Part shown: positions 8,072 to 18,065 of the stretch, in pieces
Layout of the letters: each line of letters begins with the position of its first letter
Position numbering within the stretch: the stretch's first letter is position 1
Assembly: GCA_944325065.1 (NCBI GenBank)
Contig: CALUYS010000001.1
Span: 35,439-99,438, forward strand
DNA length: 64,000 bases
Direction: 5' to 3'
From: Candidatus Gastranaerophilales bacterium
GTDB lineage: Bacteria > Cyanobacteriota > Vampirovibrionia > Gastranaerophilales > Gastranaerophilaceae
Program-made: the position numbers and the translations under genes
Notes under the pieces: model-generated
What the model saw: only the letters and a program-made list of their open reading frames with translations
What the model was told of the DNA's origin: nothing
Databases searched by the model: none

Positions 8072-11034
8072 TGTCAACTAATCCCAAGATATCTGTTATA
8101 ATGTCAAGTTATAATCGTACTCAATATATAAAAGAAGCAATTGAGTCAATATTAAATCAAACATATCAAGATTTTGAATTTATTATTATTGATGATTGTT
8201 CTAAAAAAGAAACTCAAGATGTTATTGAAAACTATGCACAGAATGATGAAAGAATAATTTTTTTGAAAAATGAATATAATATGGGTCAAGCCTTAACTCG
8301 AAATAGGGGACTTGAAATTGCAAAAGGTGAATATATTGCAATTTTGGATGATGATGATATATCTTTACCAACACGTTTTGAAAAACAGGTGGAATATATG
8401 GATAAAAACCCTGAGATTATACTTTCCGGAACTGATATCGAAACTTTTGGTGGTAATGAAATATCATCATCTTGGGTAGATTTATTTGACCCTGAAATTA
8501 TATCAGTTTTAATAAATTTTTATAATCCTTTTTGTGCTTCAACTTTAATGTTCAGAAATAATTTTATAAAAGAGCATAATATTAAATATGATAATAGTGT
8601 TTGTCATGTAGAAGACTATGATTTGTATAGGCAAATTCTTGTAGCAGGTGGAAAAATTTCTAATTTGCCTCAAGTGCTTGTAAAATATAGAGTTCATAAA
8701 CAAAGCGTGACTCAGAATAAACAAAGTCAGAAAATACAAATCCTTGCATCAGAAAAAGTTAAACAAAGGTTATTAAGTAGATTCTTTGACAATAAAACAG
8801 TAGAAAAAATTATTAATACTATAAAATCTTATCCTTTTTACAATGCTAATAATAAAAAGGATATTTATGAATATCTTATGCTTATGAAAAAAAATAATAG
8901 CAATAAAATTATTAACAATAATTCAATAGATAAAACAATTGAGTTTATATGTGGAAAATCTTCGATAATGAATATATTCTTTTCTTCTAATAATAATTAT
9001 TCTCAACATTTATGTGTATCTATTGCATCTATACTTATTAATTCTTTACCAATTGAAAATTTTAATTTTTATATTTTAGACGGAGGGATTAAAGATAAAA
9101 ATAAAGAAAAAATATTAAATTTGAAAAGAATTAAAAATTTTAATATTGAATTTATAAAAATTGACGATAAACTTTTCAAGGATTGTGATATTACTTCAGA
9201 ATGTATGCATATTTCTAAACAAACATATTATAGATATATAATTCCAAAATTGAAACCTCAAATAAAAAAATGTTTATATTTAGATTGTGATATTGTTGTT
9301 AATAATAGTTTAAATGAATTGTGGAATATAGATTTAGAAGATAATTATATTGCAGCAGTTGAAGATTTATCATTAATAACAAATGATGATGCAAAACGTC
9401 TTGAAATAAATCATTATTTTAATGCCGGTGTTCTGCTAATTAATAATGAACTTTGGATAAAAGATAATATTACGGAACTTTTATTCCAAAATACATTAAA
9501 AATAAAAGATAAAATTCGTTGGGTTGACCAATGTGTTTTAAATTATACATTTAAAGATAAAGTTTTATTTTTATCTCCGAAATATAATTTACAGCATAGT
9601 GCATATAAAGATACAAAATATAATATATATAGTAAAGACCAAATTGATTTTGTAAAAAAATTTCCTATAATTATTCATTATTCAGGTAGTGATAAACCTT
9701 GGAGTAAAAAATGTATTCATAGTTTATGGAAACAGTATTATAAATATTTAAAATATACTCCTTATAAAAAACAATATTGTACTTATAAATTAAAAAAAAT
9801 TTTAAAAAATATCTTAAGAAGTATTTTTTCAATCCAAAATATAGAATGTTATAAGCTGGTGAAATTTTTTGGTTTAAAATTTTATATTAAAAATAAACAG
9901 AAAGAATATATGTTAAAACTTGAAAATGATATAAAAAATGATATAAAAAATATTGAACATCTTATAAATGGAAATAAGATTTATATAGATGATATTGATA
10001 TTAAAATTAAGAAAAATATACTACAAAATAGTAGATTATGGGATGCTCAATGGTATTTAAAAACATACGGATATAGTTATTATAAAACGGAAGCTTTGAA
10101 TTATTATATTGAAACTGGGTGGAAGAAAAAAGAAAGTCCTTCAAAATATTTTAATACCGAATATTATCTTTTAAAATATGGTAATACTTTGAATAATGAA
10201 ATTCCTGTTATTCATTATTTAACAAAAGGTAAATATTGGTGTTATTATTTAGATAATAAGAACAATTATAAGTCAAAATTTGATGAACAAAATATAAAAA
10301 ATTATCTTGAATACAAAAATAATAGAAATGCTAAAGGTGTTATTTATACTTGTATTACGAATGATTATGATGATATATATGAAATAGAGACATATAAATA
10401 TGTTAATAAAGATTGGGATTATGTTTGTTTTACTGATAATCAAGAACATATAAAAAAGGGACAAATAGGTATTTGGCAGATAAGACCTTTGGCATATTGT
10501 GAATCTGATAACACTCGTAACAACAGGTGGCATAAAATACATCCTCATATTTTATTTCCTGAATATGAAAAAAGTATATATATTGATGCAAATATTAATA
10601 TTTTATCAAATAAATTATTTAATATAATCAATCAAAAAAATACTAATATTGTTCTACCTGAACATTTTAATACTTCTTGTATATATCAAGAACTTAATTG
10701 GGCTTTGGACTCTGGTATAGATAATTATAATATTGTGTTTAAACAATATGAACTTATAAAAAATTCTAATATGCCGAAAAATTATGGATTTACTGAAAAT
10801 AATCTTATTTATCGTAAACATAATGAAAAAAATGTTATTGATTTAATGGATGAATGGTGGTATATGGTATCAAATTATTCAAAACGTGATCAGTTATCAT
10901 TCGTATATTTATTATGGAAACGGCAAATTGATATAGAAGATATCACATTTAAAAATACAAGAATTGATGATGAAAATTTTTATGTATTTGACCATAAAAA
11001 GTTAAGGGAAAAAAGTATTGTTTGTATAAAATAA
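8071..11034 (+). CDS. Multidomain glycosyltransferase: GT2 - GT8 - internal tag module - DUF616/TOD1-like domain
   Basis: 987 aa. N-terminal ISVIMSSYNRTQYIKEAIESILNQT..IIIDDCS (GT2). Middle NIFFSSNNNYSQHLCVSIASIL..YLDCDIVV..HYSGSDKPW (GT8). Tag at 9823-9891. C-terminal GVIYTCITNDYDDI..WDYVCFTD..NRWHKIHPH..IYIDANI..RDQLSF (DUF616-like). Confidence 0.8.
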   Translation: MSTNPKISVIMSSYNRTQYIKEAIESILNQTYQDFEFIIIDDCSKKETQDVIENYAQNDERIIFLKNEYNMGQALTRNRGLEIAKGEYIAILDDDDISLPTRFEKQVEYMDKNPEIILSGTDIETFGGNEISSSWVDLFDPEIISVLINFYNPFCASTLMFRNNFIKEHNIKYDNSVCHVEDYDLYRQILVAGGKISNLPQVLVKYRVHKQSVTQNKQSQKIQILASEKVKQRLLSRFFDNKTVEKIINTIKSYPFYNANNKKDIYEYLMLMKKNNSNKIINNNSIDKTIEFICGKSSIMNIFFSSNNNYSQHLCVSIASILINSLPIENFNFYILDGGIKDKNKEKILNLKRIKNFNIEFIKIDDKLFKDCDITSECMHISKQTYYRYIIPKLKPQIKKCLYLDCDIVVNNSLNELWNIDLEDNYIAAVEDLSLITNDDAKRLEINHYFNAGVLLINNELWIKDNITELLFQNTLKIKDKIRWVDQCVLNYTFKDKVLFLSPKYNLQHSAYKDTKYNIYSKDQIDFVKKFPIIIHYSGSDKPWSKKCIHSLWKQYYKYLKYTPYKKQYCTYKLKKILKNILRSIFSIQNIECYKLVKFFGLKFYIKNKQKEYMLKLENDIKNDIKNIEHLINGNKIYIDDIDIKIKKNILQNSRLWDAQWYLKTYGYSYYKTEALNYYIETGWKKKESPSKYFNTEYYLLKYGNTLNNEIPVIHYLTKGKYWCYYLDNKNNYKSKFDEQNIKNYLEYKNNRNAKGVIYTCITNDYDDIYEIETYKYVNKDWDYVCFTDNQEHIKKGQIGIWQIRPLAYCESDNTRNNRWHKIHPHILFPEYEKSIYIDANINILSNKLFNIINQKNTNIVLPEHFNTSCIYQELNWALDSGIDNYNIVFKQYELIKNSNMPKNYGFTENNLIYRKHNEKNVIDLMDEWWYMVSNYSKRDQLSFVYLLWKRQIDIEDITFKNTRIDDENFYVFDHKKLREKSIVCIK
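9823..9891 (+). other. Tag module copy 2 (internal, shortened)
   Basis: IFSIQNIECYKLVKFFGLKFYIK, located between the GT8 and DUF616-like parts. Confidence 0.65.
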
Positions 11035-11063
11035 ATAATAATAAAAAATGATGGAGTCACGAA

Positions 11064-12017
11064 ATGAATTTATTAATAACAGGTGGAGCTGGATTTATTG
11101 GTTCTACATTAGCTGATAAATTATTAAAAATTGAAAGTAATAATATTATTGTCATTGACAATTTTAATGATTATTATTCTCCCAAGTTGAAAGAAAAAAA
11201 CATAAAACATAATTTAGATAATAAAAAATATAAATTGTATCGTGGTGATATATGCGATAAGAGTTTGTTATCAAGAATATTTAATGAAAGTAAAATTGAT
11301 ATTGTTGTTCATATAGCAGCCTCAGCTGGTGTAAGACCATCTATTGATAAACCTTTAGATTATATAAAAAATAATATAGAAGGTACGGTCAATATTCTTG
11401 AAGTGATGAAAAAAAATAACGTAAAAAAAATAGTATTTGCTTCATCAAGTTCAATATATGGCAATTGCAAGGAAAAAGTATTTTCTGAAGATTTAAAAGT
11501 TTCTGAGCCAATATCGCCTTATGCAGCTTCAAAATCAGCTTGTGAACAGTTTTTGTACACATATTCAAAATTATTTGATATTCAAGTTGTGGCATTAAGG
11601 TTTTTTACGGTTTTTGGACCAAGACAAAGGCCGGACTTGGCAATTCGTAAATTTATTGATTTAATTAAAGAAAATAAGTCAATACCAGTATATGGTGATG
11701 GTACAACAATCCGTGATTATACATATGTTGATGATATAGTTGATGGAATAATTGGTGCTATAAAATATAATGATACACAATATGAAATAATTAATCTTGG
11801 AGGCGGTGCTCCTGTTAGTTTAAATCAAATGATTGAAACAATTGAGAAAGCTTTAAATAAAAAAGCAAAAATAGAACGATTACCTATGCAACCAGGAGAT
11901 GTCAATAAAACAGTAGCTTCTATAACAAAAGCAAAAAAACTTTTAAATTATAATCCTAAAACAAGTTTTGAAAATGGTATAATAAAATTTATTGAATGGG
12001 AGAAAAATAATGAATAA
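11064..12017 (+). CDS. NAD-dependent epimerase, UDP-glucuronate 4-epimerase-like
   Basis: [66 protein letters not shown]. This pattern is typical of UDP-GlcA 4-epimerases. Confidence 0.7.
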   Translation: MNLLITGGAGFIGSTLADKLLKIESNNIIVIDNFNDYYSPKLKEKNIKHNLDNKKYKLYRGDICDKSLLSRIFNESKIDIVVHIAASAGVRPSIDKPLDYIKNNIEGTVNILEVMKKNNVKKIVFASSSSIYGNCKEKVFSEDLKVSEPISPYAASKSACEQFLYTYSKLFDIQVVALRFFTVFGPRQRPDLAIRKFIDLIKENKSIPVYGDGTTIRDYTYVDDIVDGIIGAIKYNDTQYEIINLGGGAPVSLNQMIETIEKALNKKAKIERLPMQPGDVNKTVASITKAKKLLNYNPKTSFENGIIKFIEWEKNNE

Positions 12018-13116
12018 CAATATAATTAGGATATGTATTTTACATCCTCAAGTTTCAAATGTTGATTGGATGTTTAGTTTTTTGAAAATTCCTAATGAAA
12101 AATATCATTTTGTGTGGGATGATAAAAATCCTGATTATATTATTGCATCAGAATGGGTATATTATGAATCAGAATTTTTTAACAAATTTTTATCATTACA
12201 AAAACCGAATGTTATAAATATTTTTTTTGCTGGTGAATGTCTTGAACCAGATTTAAATATTTTTGACTATGCTATAGTTTTTGATAAAAATTTAAAATAT
12301 GAAGACAGAGTTTCAAGAATCCCTACACTTCAATTTTTTGGTAAATATGTTAATGATTCTTTTTTTGAAACAGTTGAAAATCCAAAAGAGTTATTAAAAC
12401 ACAAAACAGGCTTCTGTAATTTTATATATTCAAATGGTAATGCACATCCCAATCGTGATAAATTATTTTATAAAATATCTGAATATAAAAAAGTTGATTC
12501 TTTAGGACCACACTTAAGAAATGTTGAAGTAAAAGAGCCATTAGTTCATTGGAGTGAAAAAAAACGTTATAAGTTTTCAATAGCTTGTGAAAATGCTTGT
12601 TATAAAGGATACACAAGTGAAAAAATAATAACAAGCTTTGCTGCAAATACAATACCCATTTATTGGGGAGATCCATTGGTTGAAAATTTTTTTAATCCGA
12701 AAGCTTTTATAAATGCTAATAATAAAAGTTTTGATGAAGTATTAAAAATTGTTCAAGAAATTGACAATAATGATCAGTTGTGGTGTAAAATAATAGCTGA
12801 ACCTCATATTTTAGATTGGCAAAAAGAAAATTTTATAAAAGAGAAAGAAGAATTTCAACAATTTTTATACAATATTTTTGATCAAGAAATTGAACAAGCA
12901 AAAAGAGTTGGACAAGGATATCATCCAACAAATTATCGTAAATGGTTTAGAACATTAACAACAAAGGATGTTTATGGAAATTATGAATGTATAATTAAAA
13001 AAAATAATTTTTTACAAAATGTATTTTCTGTAAGAAATTCATTTGAAGCAAATCAAAAAAGGAAAATAATAAGTTTATTTGGTATTAAATTTAAATTCAA
13101 GACGAGCAAGGTTTAA
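12010..13116 (+). CDS. GT10 family alpha-1,3/4-fucosyltransferase-like protein with C-terminal tag module
   Basis: CNFIYSNGNAHPNRDKLF and KFSIACENACYKGYTSEKI resemble the conserved GT10 FucT motifs. I prefer the ATG at 12010, which follows GGGAGA; the ORF track starts at TTG 11992. Confidence 0.65.
   Translation: MNNNIIRICILHPQVSNVDWMFSFLKIPNEKYHFVWDDKNPDYIIASEWVYYESEFFNKFLSLQKPNVINIFFAGECLEPDLNIFDYAIVFDKNLKYEDRVSRIPTLQFFGKYVNDSFFETVENPKELLKHKTGFCNFIYSNGNAHPNRDKLFYKISEYKKVDSLGPHLRNVEVKEPLVHWSEKKRYKFSIACENACYKGYTSEKIITSFAANTIPIYWGDPLVENFFNPKAFINANNKSFDEVLKIVQEIDNNDQLWCKIIAEPHILDWQKENFIKEKEEFQQFLYNIFDQEIEQAKRVGQGYHPTNYRKWFRTLTTKDVYGNYECIIKKNNFLQNVFSVRNSFEANQKRKIISLFGIKFKFKTSKV
13021..13113 (+). 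other. Tag module copy 3 (C-terminal on GT10)
   Basis: VFSVRNSFEANQKRKIISLFGIKFKFKTSKV. Confidence 0.75.
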
Positions 13117-13142
13117 GATAAAAAATTGAGGAGTAAGTAAAA

Positions 13143-14216
13143 ATGACTAAAACTATTATAATAACAGGTTCAGGTGGGTTGATTGGTTCAGAAGCAACTA
13201 AATTTTGGCATGAAAAGGGATATAATATTGTTGGTATTGATAATGATATGCGGGCTTATTATTTTGGAATTGAAGCATCGACAAATAAAAATGTGCTAAA
13301 ACATAAGGAAACATTATCTAATTATCAACACTATAATATTGATATAAGAGATTATAATTTACTTGAAAAAATTTTTAAAGATTATAATAATGATATTCAA
13401 GGTATAGTTCATACTGCAGCACAACCTTCACATGATTGGGCTTGTCGTGAGCCTTTAACTGATTTTGGTGTTAATGCTCAAGGAACTTTAAACATGCTTG
13501 AACTAACGCGTCAATATGCAGAAAATGTTCCGTTTATATTTACTTCAACAAATAAAGTATATGGTGATACACCTAATTATTTACCTCTAATTGAACTTGA
13601 GACACGTTATGAAATAGATAAAAATCATAAATTCTACGAAAAAGGTATTGATGAAACAATGTCAATTGACAATTCTAAACATTCCATTTTTGGAGCAAGT
13701 AAAGTTGCAGCTGATGTGATGGTTCAAGAATATGGTAAATATTTTGGTATGAAAACGGTTGTATTTAGAGGCGGTTGTTTGACAGGTCCGACACATTGTG
13801 GTGCTCAACTTCACGGATTTTTAGCTTATTTAATTAAATGTGCTTGTAATAAAAGTGAATATACAATCTTTGGTTATAAAGGTAAACAAGTTCGTGATAA
13901 TATACATTCTCATGATTTGATTAATGCGTTCTGGCATTATTTTCAAAATCCTAAATCAGGTGAAGTATACAATATGGGGGGAAGTCGTTATTCAAATGTT
14001 TCAATGATTGAAGCTATAAGTAAAATAGAAAATATTTTGGGTTATAAAATAAAATATGTGCTAACTGAGGAAGCACGTATTGGTGATCATATATGGTACA
14101 TTTCAGATGTTTCAAAATTTCAAAAAGACTATCCAAATTGGCATTATGAGTATGATTGTGATAAAATTATAAACGAAATGGTTGAAAATGCTTTACAACA
14201 AATGGCTTTAAAATAG
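13143..14216 (+). CDS. Extended SDR NAD-dependent sugar epimerase/dehydratase (CDP-paratose 2-epimerase-like)
   Basis: [46 protein letters not shown]. Confidence 0.6.
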   Translation: MTKTIIITGSGGLIGSEATKFWHEKGYNIVGIDNDMRAYYFGIEASTNKNVLKHKETLSNYQHYNIDIRDYNLLEKIFKDYNNDIQGIVHTAAQPSHDWACREPLTDFGVNAQGTLNMLELTRQYAENVPFIFTSTNKVYGDTPNYLPLIELETRYEIDKNHKFYEKGIDETMSIDNSKHSIFGASKVAADVMVQEYGKYFGMKTVVFRGGCLTGPTHCGAQLHGFLAYLIKCACNKSEYTIFGYKGKQVRDNIHSHDLINAFWHYFQNPKSGEVYNMGGSRYSNVSMIEAISKIENILGYKIKYVLTEEARIGDHIWYISDVSKFQKDYPNWHYEYDCDKIINEMVENALQQMALK

Positions 14217-14229
14217 GATATAATGTATA

Positions 14230-15315
14230 ATGAAAATTTTAGAAAAAATAATATCTATTAAAAATCAATATAATAATGGTTATAAATACAAAAAATTGAA
14301 TATTTTAGGAATAAAAATTAAACATAAATCTGGAGAGCAATTTTTTAAAGAAAAAAGAAAAATTGATAAAATAAGAAATAATTTCACAATTGATATTAAT
14401 AAATTTTCTAAAAAATATAAAACTAATAAAATATATCCATTTTTAGTAAACCATATTTCCCATATTGATGAAATAAACGAGTTTTTATACAGTAAATTAT
14501 CTTATGTTGATAAAAAAACTTTTATAGAATTTCTTTTTAAACGATATGCACAAGTTGAAGTTATAGCAGACAATGAAAAACAAAAACTTGATAAAATATT
14601 TAAACAAATTGATAAATTACTATTAGCTAGAAAAAATATTTATGAACCAGTTGAGATAGAAAGTGATATTTTTAATTGTGGCAAAAAGGTAATTAAATTT
14701 ATAACAGGTAAAGAAAATGTTGAGCAAATTGGTGAAATATGTGCTTGTTATAATATAGTTCATTCATTTATTTTAAACGAATATTTTTTAGATGGTTTTT
14801 TGCCTGAAAATGGTAAGGTAATATTAGATTGTGGAGCAGCTATGGGGGATACTGCAATTGTATTTTCAAAACAATATCCTGATTCAAAAATTTATAGTTT
14901 TGAATGTATTGGAAAAAATATTGAGTTATTAAATAAAAATTTAGAATTAAATAATATATCTAACGTTATTCCAATAAAGACTTTTTTAGCGTCAAAAACT
15001 GGTAAAATTAATATTGATAGTATAGAATATGATTCAATATCAATCGATGATTATGTTAAGAAAAATAATATTAATAATATTGGACTTATTAAGTTTGATA
15101 TTGAAGGTGCTGAGTTAGAAGCATTAAATGGAGGCATAAATACTATTAAAGAACACAAACCACTATTATACATTCCTATATATCATTTGGAAACTGATAT
15201 ATATGAAATCCCTAAATTTATATATAATTTAGGTTTAAGAACCAAGTTCGGATTAAAATGGGTTGAAAAAAGAATTTGGGGAGTTGATTGCGTTTTATTT
15301 TGTAAGTTTGTGTAA
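14230..15315 (+). CDS. FkbM family methyltransferase with N-terminal tag module
   Basis: LDCGAAMGDTAIVF and IKFDIEGAELEAL are FkbM signatures. The tag lies at aa 7-33. Confidence 0.75.
   Translation: MKILEKIISIKNQYNNGYKYKKLNILGIKIKHKSGEQFFKEKRKIDKIRNNFTIDINKFSKKYKTNKIYPFLVNHISHIDEINEFLYSKLSYVDKKTFIEFLFKRYAQVEVIADNEKQKLDKIFKQIDKLLLARKNIYEPVEIESDIFNCGKKVIKFITGKENVEQIGEICACYNIVHSFILNEYFLDGFLPENGKVILDCGAAMGDTAIVFSKQYPDSKIYSFECIGKNIELLNKNLELNNISNVIPIKTFLASKTGKINIDSIEYDSISIDDYVKKNNINNIGLIKFDIEGAELEALNGGINTIKEHKPLLYIPIYHLETDIYEIPKFIYNLGLRTKFGLKWVEKRIWGVDCVLFCKFV
14248..14328 (+). other. Tag module copy 4 (N-terminal on FkbM MTase)
   Basis: IISIKNQYNNGYKYKKLNILGIKIKHK. Confidence 0.75.
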
Positions 15316-15323
15316 AATACATT

Positions 15324-16148
15324 TTAATTTTTACAAACCGCAATAAGTTTTTCATATGAAGAACATATCCCAACTTCAACTATTTCTGTTTTTAAAGGAT
15401 TGGGTAAAGAATATAGTTTTACATCTTTATAATACATTTTTAAAATAAAGTAAAGCTCGCCTGCATCAAATTCTTGAGTATGATATTTATAAGGAGGTGC
15501 TACAATTTCTTCTTTTTTATAATATCGATCTCTGTTTGGTGTTGCAATAATTGCATAATCTGATAATTGAACAAATTTATCTAAAAATGACTTATAATCT
15601 TTTATATGTTCAATAACGTCTATTGAAATGGCAAGATCAAATTTTTGAGGATATTTTTCAAGAATTTCTTCTATACTATAATCACAATAAGTTACATTTT
15701 GTATGTTTCTATTTTCAATTACCCACCTTGTTGAGCTTTGATCCATTTCAGAAGCTAAAAAATTAATATTAGGATAAATTTTTGCGTTATAATATTCAAA
15801 AGTTCCAACACCACTTCCAATATTTACAATATTTTTTACACCATTTAAAAAATTCATACCTATAACTTTATTACAGTTTATCATATCTTCCCATTCAAAA
15901 ACACCACCATTTTTGACTCTTTCTAGTTTTATTTCTATATTGCCACATCCTAATTCATTTTCATTACCTTTATATTTATATCCGCATTGTGAAATTAAAT
16001 TACTATTATATATACTTGATGGTGATAAGATTTTTGTATAATTATATTTTTGTTTAAACTTTATATTTAAGCCTAAAATATTTATGATTTTATGTTTTTT
16101 ATTATTCTTATATTCATTTTTAATAGAAAATACATTTTTTAAATTCAT
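15324..16148 (-). CDS. Class I SAM-dependent methyltransferase with N-terminal tag module
   Basis: VNIGSGVGTFE (motif I) and DLAISIDVIEHI. The tag lies at aa 6-32. Confidence 0.7.
   Translation of the reverse strand: MNLKNVFSIKNEYKNNKKHKIINILGLNIKFKQKYNYTKILSPSSIYNSNLISQCGYKYKGNENELGCGNIEIKLERVKNGGVFEWEDMINCNKVIGMNFLNGVKNIVNIGSGVGTFEYYNAKIYPNINFLASEMDQSSTRWVIENRNIQNVTYCDYSIEEILEKYPQKFDLAISIDVIEHIKDYKSFLDKFVQLSDYAIIATPNRDRYYKKEEIVAPPYKYHTQEFDAGELYFILKMYYKDVKLYSLPNPLKTEIVEVGICSSYEKLIAVCKN
16053..16133 (-). other. Tag module copy 5 (N-terminal on class I MTase)
   Basis: VFSIKNEYKNNKKHKIINILGLNIKFK. Confidence 0.85.
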
Positions 16149-16169
16149 AACTTACCTTTCATAAAATTT

Positions 16170-18047
16170 TTAATTAAAGCTACAATTTTTACATTCTTTA
16201 TTAATTCGTCCATGTTTTTTATGAAAATTTCTAATTGATTCATAAATTCCATTTGTATAAGTATTTAATATTTTTGAATTTTTTATATTTTTCTTTATAA
16301 TGCCTTCTGCATCAAAACAACAAAGAGCAAAATCTCCATTACTCAATATGCTTATTGTTCTATATAAAATTTCACATGGTTTTTTTAATAAATTATTTTT
16401 TTGCGGACAGTTATTTTTTTTCTCTTTATTTACCCATTGACCCAATTTAATAATACGAATATTTGCAAAATTCTCAAATTTATTTTTAAAATTTGAAACC
16501 ATATCTTTATTGTCAATGTGTGAAACGATTGATACATTTATTTTTATGTCACTTTTTAGCTTTTGTTTTAATTTAAATAATAAATTAAGATTATTCAGTG
16601 TGAGATTCAAATCTAGTCCCATTATTTTATTATATTCAACTTCATCAAGAGAATTGATACTTACTGTTATTTCATCAAGTTTGGCTTCTAATATTTCATA
16701 AAGTAATTTTTCATTTGCAAGTTGTAAATTTGTTGTAAATCTTATTGGTATTTGAGGAAAATTTTCTTTTAATTTTTTAATTCGACTGACAATTTTTTTA
16801 TCAAGCAAAGGTTCACCATTTAAATGTAGAATAAATTGCGTTACTTTGATTTTTTCATCTTTAATTCTTTTTATTATTAAATTAAAAATTTCATCAGTCA
16901 TAAAATTTTTTTTTCTTACAAGATTTGGATTTGGACAAAATTTACATTTTGCATTACAAAAACTTGTTGTTTCAATTTCTATTTCAAAATTCAATTTGTT
17001 TGTTTTTAGTAAATAATCTTTAGATGAATTTAATGAAAGCAAATTTTGACTTTTCGTTTTTATTAAATTTAAAAAATTATTTTTCTTATTTTCTATTTTT
17101 AATAATTTTCCGAGTTCATAATCCCACTCGATTGGTTCAAAAGCTTCCATGCCATTGCCTGGATAAAAAGTGACTTCACTAAAATAAATTTGATTGTTTA
17201 CATTATAAAAATCAACACGTGCAAATTGAAAATCTTTACCTAGAATCTCGGCAAGTTCTACTAATTTATTTAAATTTTGAGGTTTTTTTATACCGTTTGG
17301 TGAATTTTTATATAGTCTTTCAAAAGGTAATTTATTCCAATTTATATCATAAAAATCTACATATAAATTATTTTTTCGATTTGAAACAACAAATAAATTT
17401 TTAACTTTTCCATTGTAGCACATAAATTTATAGTCATATAAATCATTATTTAGTTGTTGTATATATTTTTCGCATATTATTTTGGGTTTAATATTTTTAT
17501 AAGACCATTCAAAAGAATAAAAATAGTGATTTGAACGCGGCTCAAGCCACTCATTTAATTTAGTCTTTGTTTCTTCTATATTTAATTGTGACTTATCTTT
17601 AACAATAATATTTTGTCCACTACCCCAATTAACTTTTAGTACAAATTGATTGGGTAAAGCACTAAAATCAATTTCATCAGGATTATTGTAAACTCCAATT
17701 AATGGTATAAGGTATTCTTCTCCTATTTTTTCTTTAATATAATTTCGAACAAGATATTTATCCGCACACTTAGTCAATAGTGGATCTTCATTATACAATT
17801 TTAGCCATTGCATTTTTTCATTAAATGTTTTTGGGCTATCAATATTTGGTTTATAGCCAACCTGCTCTTCAAATTGTTTTTCAACTATTAATTTTTTTTC
17901 TTTTATTGAAATATCTGGACTATATCTTTTATTTAGAGCTTTTTCATATTTTGAAAATAATCTCAATTTGAGTTTTAATCCTAAAATATTTATAACTTTA
18001 TGTTTTTTGTTATTTTGATATTCATTTTTTATTGATAGTAATTTCAT
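16170..18047 (-). CDS. Fusion protein: N-terminal tag, TupA-like ATP-grasp domain, then radical SAM (SPASM-like Cys-rich C-terminus)
   Basis: TFNEKMQWLKLYNEDPLLTKCADKYLVRNYI..FVLKVNWGSGQNIIVKDK (ATPgrasp_TupA-like). ETTSFCNAKCKFCPN (CX3CX2C). C-terminal CEILY..CCFDAEG..CKNC. Likely start is ATG 18047, after GGGAGA; the ORF track starts at TTG 18059. Confidence 0.75.
   Translation of the reverse strand: MKLLSIKNEYQNNKKHKVINILGLKLKLRLFSKYEKALNKRYSPDISIKEKKLIVEKQFEEQVGYKPNIDSPKTFNEKMQWLKLYNEDPLLTKCADKYLVRNYIKEKIGEEYLIPLIGVYNNPDEIDFSALPNQFVLKVNWGSGQNIIVKDKSQLNIEETKTKLNEWLEPRSNHYFYSFEWSYKNIKPKIICEKYIQQLNNDLYDYKFMCYNGKVKNLFVVSNRKNNLYVDFYDINWNKLPFERLYKNSPNGIKKPQNLNKLVELAEILGKDFQFARVDFYNVNNQIYFSEVTFYPGNGMEAFEPIEWDYELGKLLKIENKKNNFLNLIKTKSQNLLSLNSSKDYLLKTNKLNFEIEIETTSFCNAKCKFCPNPNLVRKKNFMTDEIFNLIIKRIKDEKIKVTQFILHLNGEPLLDKKIVSRIKKLKENFPQIPIRFTTNLQLANEKLLYEILEAKLDEITVSINSLDEVEYNKIMGLDLNLTLNNLNLLFKLKQKLKSDIKINVSIVSHIDNKDMVSNFKNKFENFANIRIIKLGQWVNKEKKNNCPQKNNLLKKPCEILYRTISILSNGDFALCCFDAEGIIKKNIKNSKILNTYTNGIYESIRNFHKKHGRINKECKNCSFN
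17961..18041 (-). other. Tag module copy 6 (N-terminal on ATP-grasp/radical SAM fusion)
   Basis: LLSIKNEYQNNKKHKVINILGLKLKLR. Confidence 0.85.
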
Positions 18048-18065
18048 TTTATCTCCCAATATTTT

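Noticed and set aside
8545-8739. Antisense small ORFs within glycan genes: 8545-8739, 10273-10548, 11389-11595, 12422-12676, 16510-16701, 17219-17404, 18156-18350, 19363-19545, 19598-19882, 21063-21287, 21910-22125 and 23975-24187.
   Set aside because: They overlap well-supported enzyme genes on the other strand or in another frame. Their Ile/Phe/Lys/Asn-rich composition is typical of random ORFs at this base composition.
15305-15335. Short hairpin (GTAAAA..TTTTAC) spanning the convergent stop codons of 14230-15315 and 15324-16148, as a possible bidirectional terminator.
   Set aside because: The stem is only about 6 bp and AT-rich, which is too weak to call.
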